A stretch of DNA of 64,000 nt from Candidatus Alloenteromonas pullistercoris (GCA_017694295.1 JADINA010000016.1:10552-74551), one strand, 5' to 3'. Positions 42,529 through 52,019 are shown, numbered from the stretch's first letter. Translations and numbers: made by a program. The notes: generated by a model not told the origin, from the letters alone.

Positions 42529-42982
42529 CGCCTAAGCCCTCCAATAGTTTTTCGTATTCGCTTCCTTTAGCCTGCAAAGACAGCCGTCTTTTATCCCCGC
42601 CGAGGTTGGTTAGCTTTATCTCAAGATGCTCCTCGGGGATGAGGGGGCTTATGTAATCGGGCCATTCGATGAAGCAAGCCCCATCGCCCTCAATATACTC
42701 ATCGAGGCCGATTTCGATGTTTTGCCCCTCAAGCCTATAGGCGTCGATGTGATAAAGAGGCAAGCTCCCGCCGAAATAGCACTTCATGATATTGAAAGTC
42801 GGGGAAAGGACGGGGTCATCGATACCTAGGGCTTTGGCAACGCCAGACACCAGCGTCGTCTTCCCAGCCCCGAGGTCCCCGCTTAAAAGGATGACGTCGC
42901 CTGGATGGAGGCGCTTGCCAAGTCGAAAGCCGAAATCGATCGTCTCGGCTTTGGAAGATGAATCAACGGAAAGGCTTTTCAT
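42509..42982 (-). CDS. tsaE: tRNA threonylcarbamoyladenosine biosynthesis ATPase TsaE
   Basis: P-loop LSGDLGAGKTTL and HIDAYRL. The start is taken at ATG 42982 (MKSLSVDSS). Confidence 0.85.
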   Translation of the reverse strand: MKSLSVDSSSKAETIDFGFRLGKRLHPGDVILLSGDLGAGKTTLVSGVAKALGIDDPVLSPTFNIMKCYFGGSLPLYHIDAYRLEGQNIEIGLDEYIEGDGACFIEWPDYISPLIPEEHLEIKLTNLGGDKRRLSLQAKGSEYEKLLEGLGDEHPLS

Positions 42983-43544
42983 GGTTTGACCCCGGTTTCC
43001 TAAACGGTTTGTTCCTTTCAAGGAAAAGGCTATAAAGCGCCTCGATGTCCTCCTTTACGAAGGGGAAGGCCCCTTCGGCCATAAGGAGCTTGACCTCAGC
43101 GGTCGCCTTCTCGATGGCTTGCAAAAGCTCTGGCGGATAATGGTAGAAGTTCGCGTGGCGGGCGTATTCGTTCTCATCCAGCGTCTTCTCGGCCCCGTCG
43201 GGGTAAAGCTTGACGTCGAGGTCGTAATCGATGTACTTGAGCATCCCCTTGTCCATGATGGTCGGGGAGGCGATGTTGACGTAATAGCAAATGCCCTGTT
43301 CGGGTTTGAACATGGCGATGACGTTCATCCATTTTTTCTTGAAGAGGATGAAGCAGGCGTGCTCCTTGGTCATCCACCTCCGCCCATCGGATTCGGTGAC
43401 GCAGGAGGCTTTAGAGGCCAAAACGAAATAATCGGGGGTCTCCGACACCAAATAGGCGGGCGACCATTGCCGGTGGAGCTTCCCATCGTGCTTATAGGCC
43501 TGGACTTTTATCCAGCGCGAGAGGCGGTTTTCGAAGTTATTCAT
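42963..43544 (-). CDS. DUF402 / UPF0374 family nucleoside tri-/diphosphate phosphatase (Ntdp-like)
   Basis: IKVQAYKHDGKLHRQWSPAYLV...NIASP...IDYDLDVKLYPDG matches the UPF0374/DUF402 pattern. Confidence 0.75.
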   Translation of the reverse strand: MNNFENRLSRWIKVQAYKHDGKLHRQWSPAYLVSETPDYFVLASKASCVTESDGRRWMTKEHACFILFKKKWMNVIAMFKPEQGICYYVNIASPTIMDKGMLKYIDYDLDVKLYPDGAEKTLDENEYARHANFYHYPPELLQAIEKATAEVKLLMAEGAFPFVKEDIEALYSLFLERNKPFRKPGSNHEKPFR

Positions 43545-43613
43545 AATCGGAACGGGCGGAGCCTAGGGGCTCACTCCCGGCTATTATAAAGCCTAAGGCT
43601 TTTAAATAAAGCA

Positions 43614-43646
43614 GAAGAAAAAGCCGCCTAGATGGCTAAGCGGCTT
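43614..43646 (-). terminator. Rho-independent terminator after the 419-aa membrane protein gene
   Basis: The minus strand reads aagccgc ttagccatctag gcggctt tttcttctg. Confidence 0.55.
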
Positions 43647-43657
43647 GCTACCCCTCA

Positions 43658-44917
43658 TTAAAGGGTCTTGGCTAGGTTAAGGATGTAGGTGAGGTGCTCT
43701 TTGAATTTCTGCAGGTAAACCGGGTCGAAAGGCTTATCGACGGGGGCCACCATAAGAGTGTCCTCATACCCAAGCGCCCAATAGGTCTTGCCCGATTTGA
43801 AGGAAATGGCGAGGTCGATTAGGAGGTTGTCGGTGTGGATCTCCTTAAACGCCTTGCGAAGCTCCGGGGTGATGAGCTTCTTGTTCTCCTTGGCCCCGTA
43901 GACGCAATACTTTTTGTGGTCCTCGATGAGGTTGGCGTCTTTTTGGAATAGGAAGGAAGGCGGGGTCGCCCGGGCGTTGCCTTTGAAGTAGACGAACAAT
44001 CCCCCGTCTTTGACGTCGAGGTGGTTTTCCGTCCGCAGGTATTTGCCGATGAAGACGGTGAGGAAGCCCTTGGGGTTGCGGGCTTCGGCCCCAACGTCGG
44101 CCAGGGCGCATTTCATCCCCTCGTATTCGAAGGTTTTCGAGTCGCGGCTGCCGACGTTGCTCGGCTCCTCGTGCTTCGAGCAGGCCCCGTAGAGGTCGGC
44201 GGCGTTGAATTCCTCGGCCGTGACCTTGTCCTTAAGCCCGCCTTGGATGTTCTGTACCGGAAGCCCGTCGAAGAGGAAGGCGTCGGAGTTGTCGAAATAG
44301 GCGGTTAGGTAATCCTCGGTCGACTTGACGGTCTTCTTCTTTTGGAAGATGCCGAACACCGCGATCCCGACGACCGAGAGGATGGCGACGCCTAAGGAGA
44401 CATAGGCGGCGATTTCCCCGGCTGAGGGGAAGCCAAAACGGATTACAAGCCAGGTCCCGATGACCAAGGCGACCGCGCCAAGGGTGATGCCGACTTTGAT
44501 GTGGCTCCACTTTTTGGAGAATTTGACGTGGCTCTTGCGGGCTTTCTCGATGTTTTCGAAACGGGGGTCGGTATAGGCGATATCGCCGTTTTTGCTCCGT
44601 TCGCTAGGCCGAACGAGCACTTCCTCCTCGCCCTCTTCCTTTTGCTTATGGATGTCGACGGTTTGAGTCTCTTCCTCCACCTTGGTTTCCGGAGCTTTCG
44701 GCTGCTCTTCCACTTTCTTCGGGGCGTCGGTGAAGCCATCGTCGTAATCGGAATCGGCTTTTTTCTGGGCAGCCTGTTCCCCTTCTTCGGTTAAGGAGAC
44801 GGTTTCCTCCGTTACGGCCTCTTCTTCCGCCTTAACGGCCTCATCGCGGTTTTCGGGGTCCGCTTCCGCCTTATCGGCCTCTACTTCCAAGGCCTCTTCT
44901 TTCTTATTTTCTTCCAT
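43658..44917 (-). CDS. Membrane protein: acidic disordered N-region, 2 TM helices, and a C-terminal domain of about 230 aa of unknown function
   Basis: Glu/Lys-rich first 150 aa or so. TM helices VGITLGAVALVIGTWLVIRFGF and IAAYVSLGVAILSVVGIAVFGIF. The track start is TTG, and ATG 44917 (MEENKKEE) is preferred. Confidence 0.6.
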   Translation of the reverse strand: MEENKKEEALEVEADKAEADPENRDEAVKAEEEAVTEETVSLTEEGEQAAQKKADSDYDDGFTDAPKKVEEQPKAPETKVEEETQTVDIHKQKEEGEEEVLVRPSERSKNGDIAYTDPRFENIEKARKSHVKFSKKWSHIKVGITLGAVALVIGTWLVIRFGFPSAGEIAAYVSLGVAILSVVGIAVFGIFQKKKTVKSTEDYLTAYFDNSDAFLFDGLPVQNIQGGLKDKVTAEEFNAADLYGACSKHEEPSNVGSRDSKTFEYEGMKCALADVGAEARNPKGFLTVFIGKYLRTENHLDVKDGGLFVYFKGNARATPPSFLFQKDANLIEDHKKYCVYGAKENKKLITPELRKAFKEIHTDNLLIDLAISFKSGKTYWALGYEDTLMVAPVDKPFDPVYLQKFKEHLTYILNLAKTL

Positions 44918-45019
44918 TGCTAGATACCGCCTTGAAAACAAGGCGCCCTTTCGGCAGAGAGGAATATAACACGCGGGGGCGTTTTATAAACAGGAAATAT
45001 GCTATTTAAGCAAATTCGG

Positions 45020-46033
45020 CTAATTGGCTGAGCCAATCTCGCGCCGGGTGACGGGGAAAAGCCTCTCAAGCTGGACAAGCGGGCCATACAAAGCCATCAA
45101 GACGACGATGGCGAATAGCCCCGAGAGGGGAATATAGGTCGCGTTATAGACCAGCGAGGCCTCGAATGTATAGCCATAGACGACCAAACTCGAGATCGTT
45201 GAGCCGATGAAGCGGCCCAAAGTCGCGAGGACGCCGGCAAGCAAAATGAACAGCTCGCCTTTGAGGTTATAGCCTCTTGGCTTGCCCTCTTCGTTTGGCC
45301 TTCCGAAGATAAGAGGCCGGAAGAAGCCAAGGATGCAGGTCGAGCCGAATCCAAGCAGGTAATCAAAGGGGAAGGAGGCGAATCCATAGCCGTCGGTGAT
45401 GCAAGTCAATAAGCCATAGACGAGGCCGCAGGCAATGAAGCCCTTAACCGGGCCGCGGCGAAGGGCCAAGACGAACAACGGGACCATTTGCAGGTTGACT
45501 GAGCCCCCATCGGCCCCAATGGCGAAAAGACGGAAAAGGTTAAGCACGAAGGCCATGCCGATGAGCATGCCCATCTCGGCGATGTCGCGGATGCTTAGCT
45601 TCTCCGAGGAGCTCACCTGAAGCAAGGCGAAGCAGCCGGCGACCAGGCAAAGGGCCGGCAGCCAAGAACCCCAAAGCTCGGGGCCGAAGGAATAGTCAAG
45701 CCCCGCCCCGGCGGTTATGAAGTCGGAAAGGAAGAAGGTGAAGATGGCGTCAGCGAATAAAACCGCCATCCCGGCAAAACCGAAGTAGCGATGCAGGAAA
45801 TAAAGCAGAAGCAAAACCGCCCCAAGGCCCGGGAGGATGAGGGCGATGTAGATAAACGCCCCAAAGGATGCGGGCAATAATTCGATTATCTCCGGGAAGG
45901 AATAGACGAAATCGGCCTCATCGGTCGAGTAGCCGAAGGCGGGCCCACATAGGCAAAGGTAGCAAAGCAAACTGGCGATAAACGCGAGCAAAAGCGAGAG
46001 GTTGGCCTTGACGAAGTTCATAGCCTTTTCCAT
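45020..46033 (-). CDS. thiT: ThiT-like thiamine ECF S-component with an extra N-terminal membrane extension of about 150 aa
   Basis: The C-terminal ~190 aa (IRDIAEMGMLIGMAFVL...GGSVNLQMVPLFVLALRRGPVKGFIACGLVYGLL...) look ThiT-like. A TPP riboswitch lies directly upstream. I trimmed the start to ATG 46033 (SD ggagg), because the track ORF extension covers the riboswitch. Confidence 0.7.
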   Translation of the reverse strand: MEKAMNFVKANLSLLLAFIASLLCYLCLCGPAFGYSTDEADFVYSFPEIIELLPASFGAFIYIALILPGLGAVLLLLYFLHRYFGFAGMAVLFADAIFTFFLSDFITAGAGLDYSFGPELWGSWLPALCLVAGCFALLQVSSSEKLSIRDIAEMGMLIGMAFVLNLFRLFAIGADGGSVNLQMVPLFVLALRRGPVKGFIACGLVYGLLTCITDGYGFASFPFDYLLGFGSTCILGFFRPLIFGRPNEEGKPRGYNLKGELFILLAGVLATLGRFIGSTISSLVVYGYTFEASLVYNATYIPLSGLFAIVVLMALYGPLVQLERLFPVTRREIGSAN

Positions 46034-46074
46034 AAAAAATCCTCCAAGACATACCACCCGGAGGAAAAATAGGT

Positions 46075-46175
46075 TTTCTTGTTTCCCTCCGCCTGCATTA
46101 CCAGGATCAGGTGAGCCGTCGAACCGGAACACGGTTCCTCTCAGCCGGCTATAGGCCAGCTCCGGACGGGCAAAT
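46075..46175 (-). promoter_or_regulatory. TPP (THI-box) riboswitch
   Basis: The minus strand reads ...gccggCUGAGAggaaccgtgttccggttcgacggctcACCUGAUCCUGGUAAUGCAGGCGgagGGAAac. It contains the conserved CUGAGA and ACCUGAUCUGGAUAAUGCCAGCG-like cores. Downstream, cctcc...ggagg can sequester the SD. Confidence 0.85.
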
Positions 46176-46182
46176 TGTTTAC

Positions 46183-46845
46183 CTAATGGGCGGCCCAGTC
46201 AATAGGCTTTACGCCCATTTCCCGGTAGAAAGCATCCGCTTTCTTGAATTGACCGGTCCCGAAAAATAGGCCGCGGTTGGCCGATAAGGGCGAGGGGTGG
46301 CCGGAAAGGCAAAGAAGATGCTTGGGGTTTTTGACAAAAGGGGCGAAGCGCTTGGCGAAATTGCCCCAAAGGAAGAAGACGATCGGGTTTTGGATTCGGT
46401 CAAGGTAAAGGAAAAGGTCTTTGGCGAAAAGCTCGTATTCTTTCCTTTTGTGTGACAAAGGCTTGCCAGACTCAACGGTCAGGTAGACGTTTAAAAGCAA
46501 AACGCCCTGCTCGGCCCAGCCGGTCAAATCGCCGGAGGAGGCGACCTCATATCCCAAATCGGCTTTGATGTCAGCGAAGATGTTTTCTAGCGATGGCGGA
46601 ATCTTCACTTCCTTTGGCACCGAGAAGCTTAGCCCCATCGCCTGGCCGACGTTCGGATAAGGGTCTTGCCCCAAAATCACGGCCTTCAAGGTTTTGGGGG
46701 AGGTGTGGTCGAAAGCCGCCCAAAGCAATTCTCGCGGCGGGAAAACGTTTCCTTTCCCATAGCTTTCGTCGATAAACGAAGATAAGGACTTCCAATATCC
46801 CTTCCAGCTTATCGAGGAAAAGAAATCACCCCAATCGCTTTTCAT
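46183..46845 (-). CDS. ung: Uracil-DNA glycosylase (family 1)
   Basis: GQDPYP (variant of GQDPYH), GVLLLN and HPSPLSA motifs. The start is taken at ATG 46845. Confidence 0.85.
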   Translation of the reverse strand: MKSDWGDFFSSISWKGYWKSLSSFIDESYGKGNVFPPRELLWAAFDHTSPKTLKAVILGQDPYPNVGQAMGLSFSVPKEVKIPPSLENIFADIKADLGYEVASSGDLTGWAEQGVLLLNVYLTVESGKPLSHKRKEYELFAKDLFLYLDRIQNPIVFFLWGNFAKRFAPFVKNPKHLLCLSGHPSPLSANRGLFFGTGQFKKADAFYREMGVKPIDWAAH

Positions 46846-46978
46846 TTTCCTTTTCAATCCCCGTCTATCCGCGCATTTCCCCATTATTTTGCATCAATTT
46901 CGCTTCCTTTACAAAGCCGAAAGGGATTTAGGGCCAGGCAAAAAGGAAAGCAAAGAGAGAAAAGGGCAAAAAGGCGTT

Positions 46979-47007
46979 TTGCCAACTTAGCCCCAAAAGG
47001 GTTTAAT
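46979..47007 (+). promoter_or_regulatory. Candidate promoter (TTGCCA-17 nt-TTTAAT) placing the TSS at or next to the ATG of the first GT gene. Possibly a leaderless mRNA.
   Basis: The -10 ends 8 nt before ATG 47016, and there is no SD in between (attgcgca). Confidence 0.35.
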
Positions 47008-47015
47008 ATTGCGCA

Positions 47016-48110
47016 ATGAAAGTTCTTTGGCTCTTCAACCACCCGGCCCCCTACAAAGTCGACCTGTTCAACCTCCTTGGGCGGAACATCGAGCTGACCG
47101 CCTTGTTCGAAAGGGTCGGCGAGAAGGGGAGGAACGAGCTTTTCTATTCGCGCCCGGCTTTGTCCTTCCGCGCCTTGACCTGCCGCGGCTTGACTATCGG
47201 GGGGTATCAATCCTTTTCCTTAACCCCCGTCGACTTAATTGAAAGCGAGGAATTCGACATCATCGTCATCAACGGCTACTCGACCTTCACCGAAATGAAG
47301 ACGATTTCCTATTTGAAAAAGCGCAAGATCCCCTACGTCTTCTGCATTAACGGCGGGGTCGTAAGGGAAAGGGAAAGCGCCTTGAAGCGAAAGATAAAAA
47401 CATCCCTTATGAGAGGGGCCGCTTATTACCTTTGCCCGGATGAGGCCTCAGCCGAGTATTTGGTCCATTACGGGGCGGAAAGGGAAAGGATAACCCTCTA
47501 TCCGTATTCGACCGTCTTCGAAAGCGAAATCCTCTCTTCTTCCCTTCCGGACACGGAAAGGCGGCGGATCGCAAAAGAGGAATTCGGGATCGAGGCGGAG
47601 AGGATCTTCGTTAGCGCCGGCCAATTCATAAAGCGGAAGAACCTCGAATGCCTAATCGACATTTGGCGGAGCGTCCCCTCTTCCTATCGCCTGCTTTTGG
47701 TTGGCGAAGGGGAGGAAAAGGAAAAATACGAACGCCTAATACGAAAGTTTGGCTTAGGAAACATCGAATTGCTGCCTTACCTAAGGAAGGAAAAGCTCCT
47801 CCGCCTATTCTCCAGCGCCGACGCCTTCCTCTTCCCGACGAAGGAAGACATATATGGCCATGTCGTCAACGAGTCGCTTTCAAGCGCCCTCCCGGTCATC
47901 TCCTCCCCATATTCCAACGCCGCCAAAAAGCTTATAAAAGAAGGGGAAAACGGCTTCATCGTCGATTTTGATGACAAAGAGGCGGTTTTAAAGGCCATGG
48001 AGTTGGTCAAATCGCTTTCAAGGGAAAAATGCCTCGAGGTCGCAAAGGCCAATAGCCTAGAGGAAAGCGAGCGCTTCTTCATCTCCTATTTTGAGGGGCT
48101 TGCAAAATGA
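47016..48110 (+). CDS. Glycosyltransferase family 4 (GT-B)
   Basis: C-terminal E-x7-E region FPTKEDIYGHVVNESLSSALPVISSPYSNAAKKLIKEGENGFIV. Confidence 0.8.
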   Translation: MKVLWLFNHPAPYKVDLFNLLGRNIELTALFERVGEKGRNELFYSRPALSFRALTCRGLTIGGYQSFSLTPVDLIESEEFDIIVINGYSTFTEMKTISYLKKRKIPYVFCINGGVVRERESALKRKIKTSLMRGAAYYLCPDEASAEYLVHYGAERERITLYPYSTVFESEILSSSLPDTERRRIAKEEFGIEAERIFVSAGQFIKRKNLECLIDIWRSVPSSYRLLLVGEGEEKEKYERLIRKFGLGNIELLPYLRKEKLLRLFSSADAFLFPTKEDIYGHVVNESLSSALPVISSPYSNAAKKLIKEGENGFIVDFDDKEAVLKAMELVKSLSREKCLEVAKANSLEESERFFISYFEGLAK

Positions 48111-49174
48111 AACTTGCCTATTTGGCTTTTGTCTTGGACCAGGAGACCTTCGACCGAGTCGGGATAAGGCAAAAGCTTAACCCCGCCGGGCAAAACTTCC
48201 ACCTAAAGCTGGCCAAAGCCATTTCCAGCAAGCACCAAGTCGAGGTCTTTGCCTTCTTTGGGGAACGGGAAGAGAGTGTTCAAGCAAGCGAATCGCTTTC
48301 CTTCCATTACCTGCCAAGAGTCGGCAAAAGACAGCAGATCGCTTTGCTCAAAGACAAGCTCAAAGGCTTCGACGCGATATTGTTCGACGCCCTTTCCCCC
48401 ATTGCCGCCTTCGCCTCCATCAAAAGCAAAGTTCCCTGCCTCGCCATCGCCACCGACGCCCCTTTTAACATCTCCCACGTTAACTTCATTTACAAAAAGG
48501 CCGCCCTTTATTTAGGCAGGAAAGCCGATGCATACCTCAGTTTGACCGAGGGGCTAAACCGCCTCTTCAACAAAAAGGGCAAACCGTCTTTCATCTTCCC
48601 GGGGATAATCGAGGATGAGGAGGTCCAACCTAAAGCGTTAAATAAGCCATACCTATATTTCGACGGCGCCCTTTTCGAGCGTTATGGCGTCGGGGAATTG
48701 GTTCGGGCCTACAAGAAGTTCAAGCCGGCCTATGATTTGATAATCGCCGGGCATGGGGACATGGACGGGGAACTGCAAAAAGAGGAAGGGATAACCTACC
48801 TTGGGCAAATCGGCAAAAGCGAGAATTACCGCTACGTCAAAGGGTCCACCCTTTCGATCAACCCTCGACCATTTGAGAAAAACCTCGACCCCTACTGCGT
48901 CCCCTCCAAGCTATTGGAGTATTTCGTCTTTGCCTTGCACGTGGCCACCACCATCTCTACCCCTTTGGCCGAATATTGTTTTGCTTCCGCCACCATCCTC
49001 CAGCCCAAGCCCAACGACCCAACCGGGATCTACAACTTCTTCCAAACCCATATAGGCGTTGGCGGAAAGCTCATAAAGTTAAAGGAAAACAACGCAAAAG
49101 AGATGTTAATCGAACGATATTCGCCACAGAAGATAGCCCAAGGGGTCGATTTACTTCTTGGCCGATTGAAGTAG
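48107..49174 (+). CDS. Putative glycosyltransferase (GT-B-like, divergent)
   Basis: A 4-nt overlap with the upstream GT. The C-terminal half (IIAGHGDMDGEL...YLGQIG...VPSKLLEYF) resembles a GT-B nucleotide-sugar binding domain. Motif support is weak. Confidence 0.5.
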   Translation: MKLAYLAFVLDQETFDRVGIRQKLNPAGQNFHLKLAKAISSKHQVEVFAFFGEREESVQASESLSFHYLPRVGKRQQIALLKDKLKGFDAILFDALSPIAAFASIKSKVPCLAIATDAPFNISHVNFIYKKAALYLGRKADAYLSLTEGLNRLFNKKGKPSFIFPGIIEDEEVQPKALNKPYLYFDGALFERYGVGELVRAYKKFKPAYDLIIAGHGDMDGELQKEEGITYLGQIGKSENYRYVKGSTLSINPRPFEKNLDPYCVPSKLLEYFVFALHVATTISTPLAEYCFASATILQPKPNDPTGIYNFFQTHIGVGGKLIKLKENNAKEMLIERYSPQKIAQGVDLLLGRLK

Positions 49175-50347
49175 TTTCTCCTCTATCTTCCGGCATAGCT
49201 GCCCCTGCTCGCAGCTAGAGAGATAGTAATCGCGGTTATTCTGGCCTAGCCTTTCCTTTTCCTCTTTACTTGATAAAAGCAATTTTGCGAAGGCATCGGC
49301 AAAGCCCGCGGCATCCATCGACTTGGGAAATATCGCCCCGCCGGATTCGCGAAGCAGCTTTGCCCCGTCTCCCCCAAGGAAAGCCATTATTGGCTTGCCC
49401 TCGGCAAGGCAGGAGACAAGCTTATTAGGGATCGTCTTTCCGACATACCCCTCTTCCTTAAGGGGAACGACTATCCCCTCCGCGTTGGCGTAATACCCAG
49501 CCGTCACCCCACGCGGCTTCATGCCTAGGAAGCGGACGTGGGAGGAAAGCCCAAGCTTTTCGGAAAGCGCCTTGGCCTCCTCCAACCGCGATCCGGCCCC
49601 GATCATGATCAAATCGGCGTCGAAGCCCCAATGCAAAAGCAAAGAAAACGATTCGAGCAGCTCGTCGATGAGTTGAAGCCTCCCGATGTTGCCGGCGTAG
49701 ACGAAAGTCGGGCGCTCATAAATGACGTCCTCGCCGATTTGCTTGGCTAGCAAAGGGGGTTGCATGCAAAACTCAATCTTCTTCTCCCCCAGATGAAGGA
49801 CGTCGCGAAAGTAATCATAAAAGGAGGGGGAGGAAATCAGTATCTCGTCGGCCTCGGAATAGATCTTCCTGCTCCAGCGGTAAAGCGCCTTATACATCGC
49901 CGAATCCTTTTTCACCGCGTTGGTTATCAAAACCGACTCGGGCCAAAGGTCGAGGCAATGGAGGACGTGCTTTACATGGTGCTTTTTCGCATAGAGGTTG
50001 CCAGGGGCCACCGAGATTATCGGGGAAAGCGACATCGAATAGACGACGTCGAATTCCTCTTTGAGCCTCCTAACATAAGACATCGCATTAAAATAGAAGG
50101 AAAGGTAGTTCCGGATTATCGAAGACCGGGTGTTGGTCCGGATGGCGATGTTCACGCGATGCAGCCTTACCCCATTCCTCACCTCGTCATCGACGTGGGC
50201 ATATTCCTTTGGGATCTCGGTATACCCGTAATGCGGCTTGGCCGTCACGACCAAGACATCGTGTCCGGAAGAGGCCAAATGCTCGCAAACATGGGTGATG
50301 GTAAAGGGCTCAGGGTAATAATGCTGGCAGACGACCAAAACTTTCAT
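49151..50347 (-). CDS. Glycosyltransferase family 4, WcaI/WbuB-like
   Basis: The N-terminus MKVLVVCQHYYPEPFTITHVCEHLASSGHDVLVVT is typical of the WbuB/WcaI subgroup. I trimmed the start to ATG 50347. Confidence 0.75.
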   Translation of the reverse strand: MKVLVVCQHYYPEPFTITHVCEHLASSGHDVLVVTAKPHYGYTEIPKEYAHVDDEVRNGVRLHRVNIAIRTNTRSSIIRNYLSFYFNAMSYVRRLKEEFDVVYSMSLSPIISVAPGNLYAKKHHVKHVLHCLDLWPESVLITNAVKKDSAMYKALYRWSRKIYSEADEILISSPSFYDYFRDVLHLGEKKIEFCMQPPLLAKQIGEDVIYERPTFVYAGNIGRLQLIDELLESFSLLLHWGFDADLIMIGAGSRLEEAKALSEKLGLSSHVRFLGMKPRGVTAGYYANAEGIVVPLKEEGYVGKTIPNKLVSCLAEGKPIMAFLGGDGAKLLRESGGAIFPKSMDAAGFADAFAKLLLSSKEEKERLGQNNRDYYLSSCEQGQLCRKIEEKLLQSAKK

Positions 50348-50429
50348 CGCTTTATTATGCGCGGTTGGTCGCCTTTTTTCCTCATTAAACGGTTTCGCGT
50401 ATATAATTCGTTTGCCTATAGGGAAAGCG

Positions 50430-52019
50430 ATGGCCGAGCAAAGAAGGGAAATTGAGGGGAAAGCGACCGACAAGGGACGCGAGTTTTCCGTCACGGTCAG
50501 AAGCAACGTGGCCATAAACCTGGTCCGCACCTTGGCCATGACCGCCCTTTCCTTCATCACCTTCCCCTATGTCACCCGGGCCTTGGGCGACGCGACCTTC
50601 GGCCTTTACACCTGGGCCAACGCCTTCGTCTACTATTTCCTTATCCTCGCTAAAATATCGATCCCGAACATCGCCATCCGCGAATGCGCCAAAGCTAGGG
50701 GCGACAAGCGGAAGTTCAACCGCATCGTCCAGCAGTTCTTCCTCTTGCAATGCTTCACGACTTTGACGAGCTTCGGCCTGATGTCGATATTGGTCTTCTC
50801 GGTCGACAGCCTTTTCTCCGAGGCGGAGATCATCTTCCTCCTCTCGATCAACTTCCTCGCCGGGGTCTTCTCCTTCGAATGGGTTTACATCGCCTTGGAG
50901 AAGCATTTCTACATCACGGTCAGGTCGGTCGCCCTTTTGGCTTTCGCCGCAAGCTGCACCTTCCTTTTCATCCGCCGCTCCGCCTATCCGGAAAACTATT
51001 TGTACGTCTACGCCCTCATCGCCATTTCCTCAACCATCCTAACCGCCTTCTTCAATTGCCTGTTCCTTGGAAAATACGTAAGCCTAAGGAAAGTGGATCC
51101 TTATGACTTCAAGCCCTATATCGGCCCGTTGGTGACGATGGCTTTGCTTTCCTTGACCCTTACCCTTTATAACCAAACAGACGAATTCATCTTAGGCTTC
51201 ATCGACCCGAGCAAAGCCGAAGTCGGCTCCTACTCGGTCGGGGTCAAAGGGGTCGACATCATCATCACCCTCATCACCTCGCTTTACGCCGTCTTCATGC
51301 CCCGGGCCGCCTATTACCATGAATTGCCCGATAAAATATATTTCCGCCGCCTATTGAGGTATTCATTTAACATCACCTTCTTCATCGCCGTCCCGGCCTT
51401 CGCCACCATGTCCTCCCTCGCCACCCCCATCACCTCCTTGATATCCGGGGGCGACCTAAATGAGGCCTTCTCCGGGGCCGACCTCATATTGATGTCGCTT
51501 TCGGGGATGATGCTCACCTATTCGCTTTCCGACGACATCTACACCGAGATACTGATACCGGAGAAAAAGGAAAGGCATTACCTGTATGCTTTGACGATCG
51601 GGGTCTTGCTTAACGTCTCCCTTTCCTTCCTCTTCGCCTATTGTTTAACTCCTTCTTCCCCGGGGGTCGGGGTCGCGATCGCCACCATGGTGGCCGACGT
51701 CGTCGTCCTCACCTATTTGATAGGCGTCTCAAGGGCCTATTCCATCGAGGCGATATTCAACTACAACAATTTGAAGATCGCTGGCTTTGGCATCGCCATC
51801 TTCCTGCTTTCGTTTTTCGTTTACCCCCTTCTTGAAAAAGAGGCATTGTCGTGGGGACTAAGCCAAACGATGGCCTATTTGACGGGCGGGCTATTGATGC
51901 TAGGCATCGACGCGGCGATATACATCTTCGGCCTACTGGCGGTCAAAGAAACCTTGGTAAGCTCGCTATTTAGAAGAAAGCAAAGGAGAGAAAATGAACA
52001 GGAACCTCAAGCAAAATAG
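50430..52019 (+). CDS. wzx: Polysaccharide flippase (Wzx, MOP superfamily)
   Basis: About 14 TM helices. The N-terminus VRSNVAINLVRTLAMTALSFITFPYVTRALGDATFGLYTWANAF is typical of Wzx. The start is uncertain: the track start at 50412 is non-ATG, and I placed it at the first in-frame Met by track arithmetic. Confidence 0.75.
   Translation: MAEQRREIEGKATDKGREFSVTVRSNVAINLVRTLAMTALSFITFPYVTRALGDATFGLYTWANAFVYYFLILAKISIPNIAIRECAKARGDKRKFNRIVQQFFLLQCFTTLTSFGLMSILVFSVDSLFSEAEIIFLLSINFLAGVFSFEWVYIALEKHFYITVRSVALLAFAASCTFLFIRRSAYPENYLYVYALIAISSTILTAFFNCLFLGKYVSLRKVDPYDFKPYIGPLVTMALLSLTLTLYNQTDEFILGFIDPSKAEVGSYSVGVKGVDIIITLITSLYAVFMPRAAYYHELPDKIYFRRLLRYSFNITFFIAVPAFATMSSLATPITSLISGGDLNEAFSGADLILMSLSGMMLTYSLSDDIYTEILIPEKKERHYLYALTIGVLLNVSLSFLFAYCLTPSSPGVGVAIATMVADVVVLTYLIGVSRAYSIEAIFNYNNLKIAGFGIAIFLLSFFVYPLLEKEALSWGLSQTMAYLTGGLLMLGIDAAIYIFGLLAVKETLVSSLFRRKQRRENEQEPQAK

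Noticed and set aside
46884-47210. 108-aa minus-strand ORF spanning the ung/GT intergenic region and the 5' end of the GT gene
   Set aside because: It overlaps the confidently called GT4 gene in antisense, has no SD, and has a Gly/Ala/Pro/Gln-rich composition with no homology signal.
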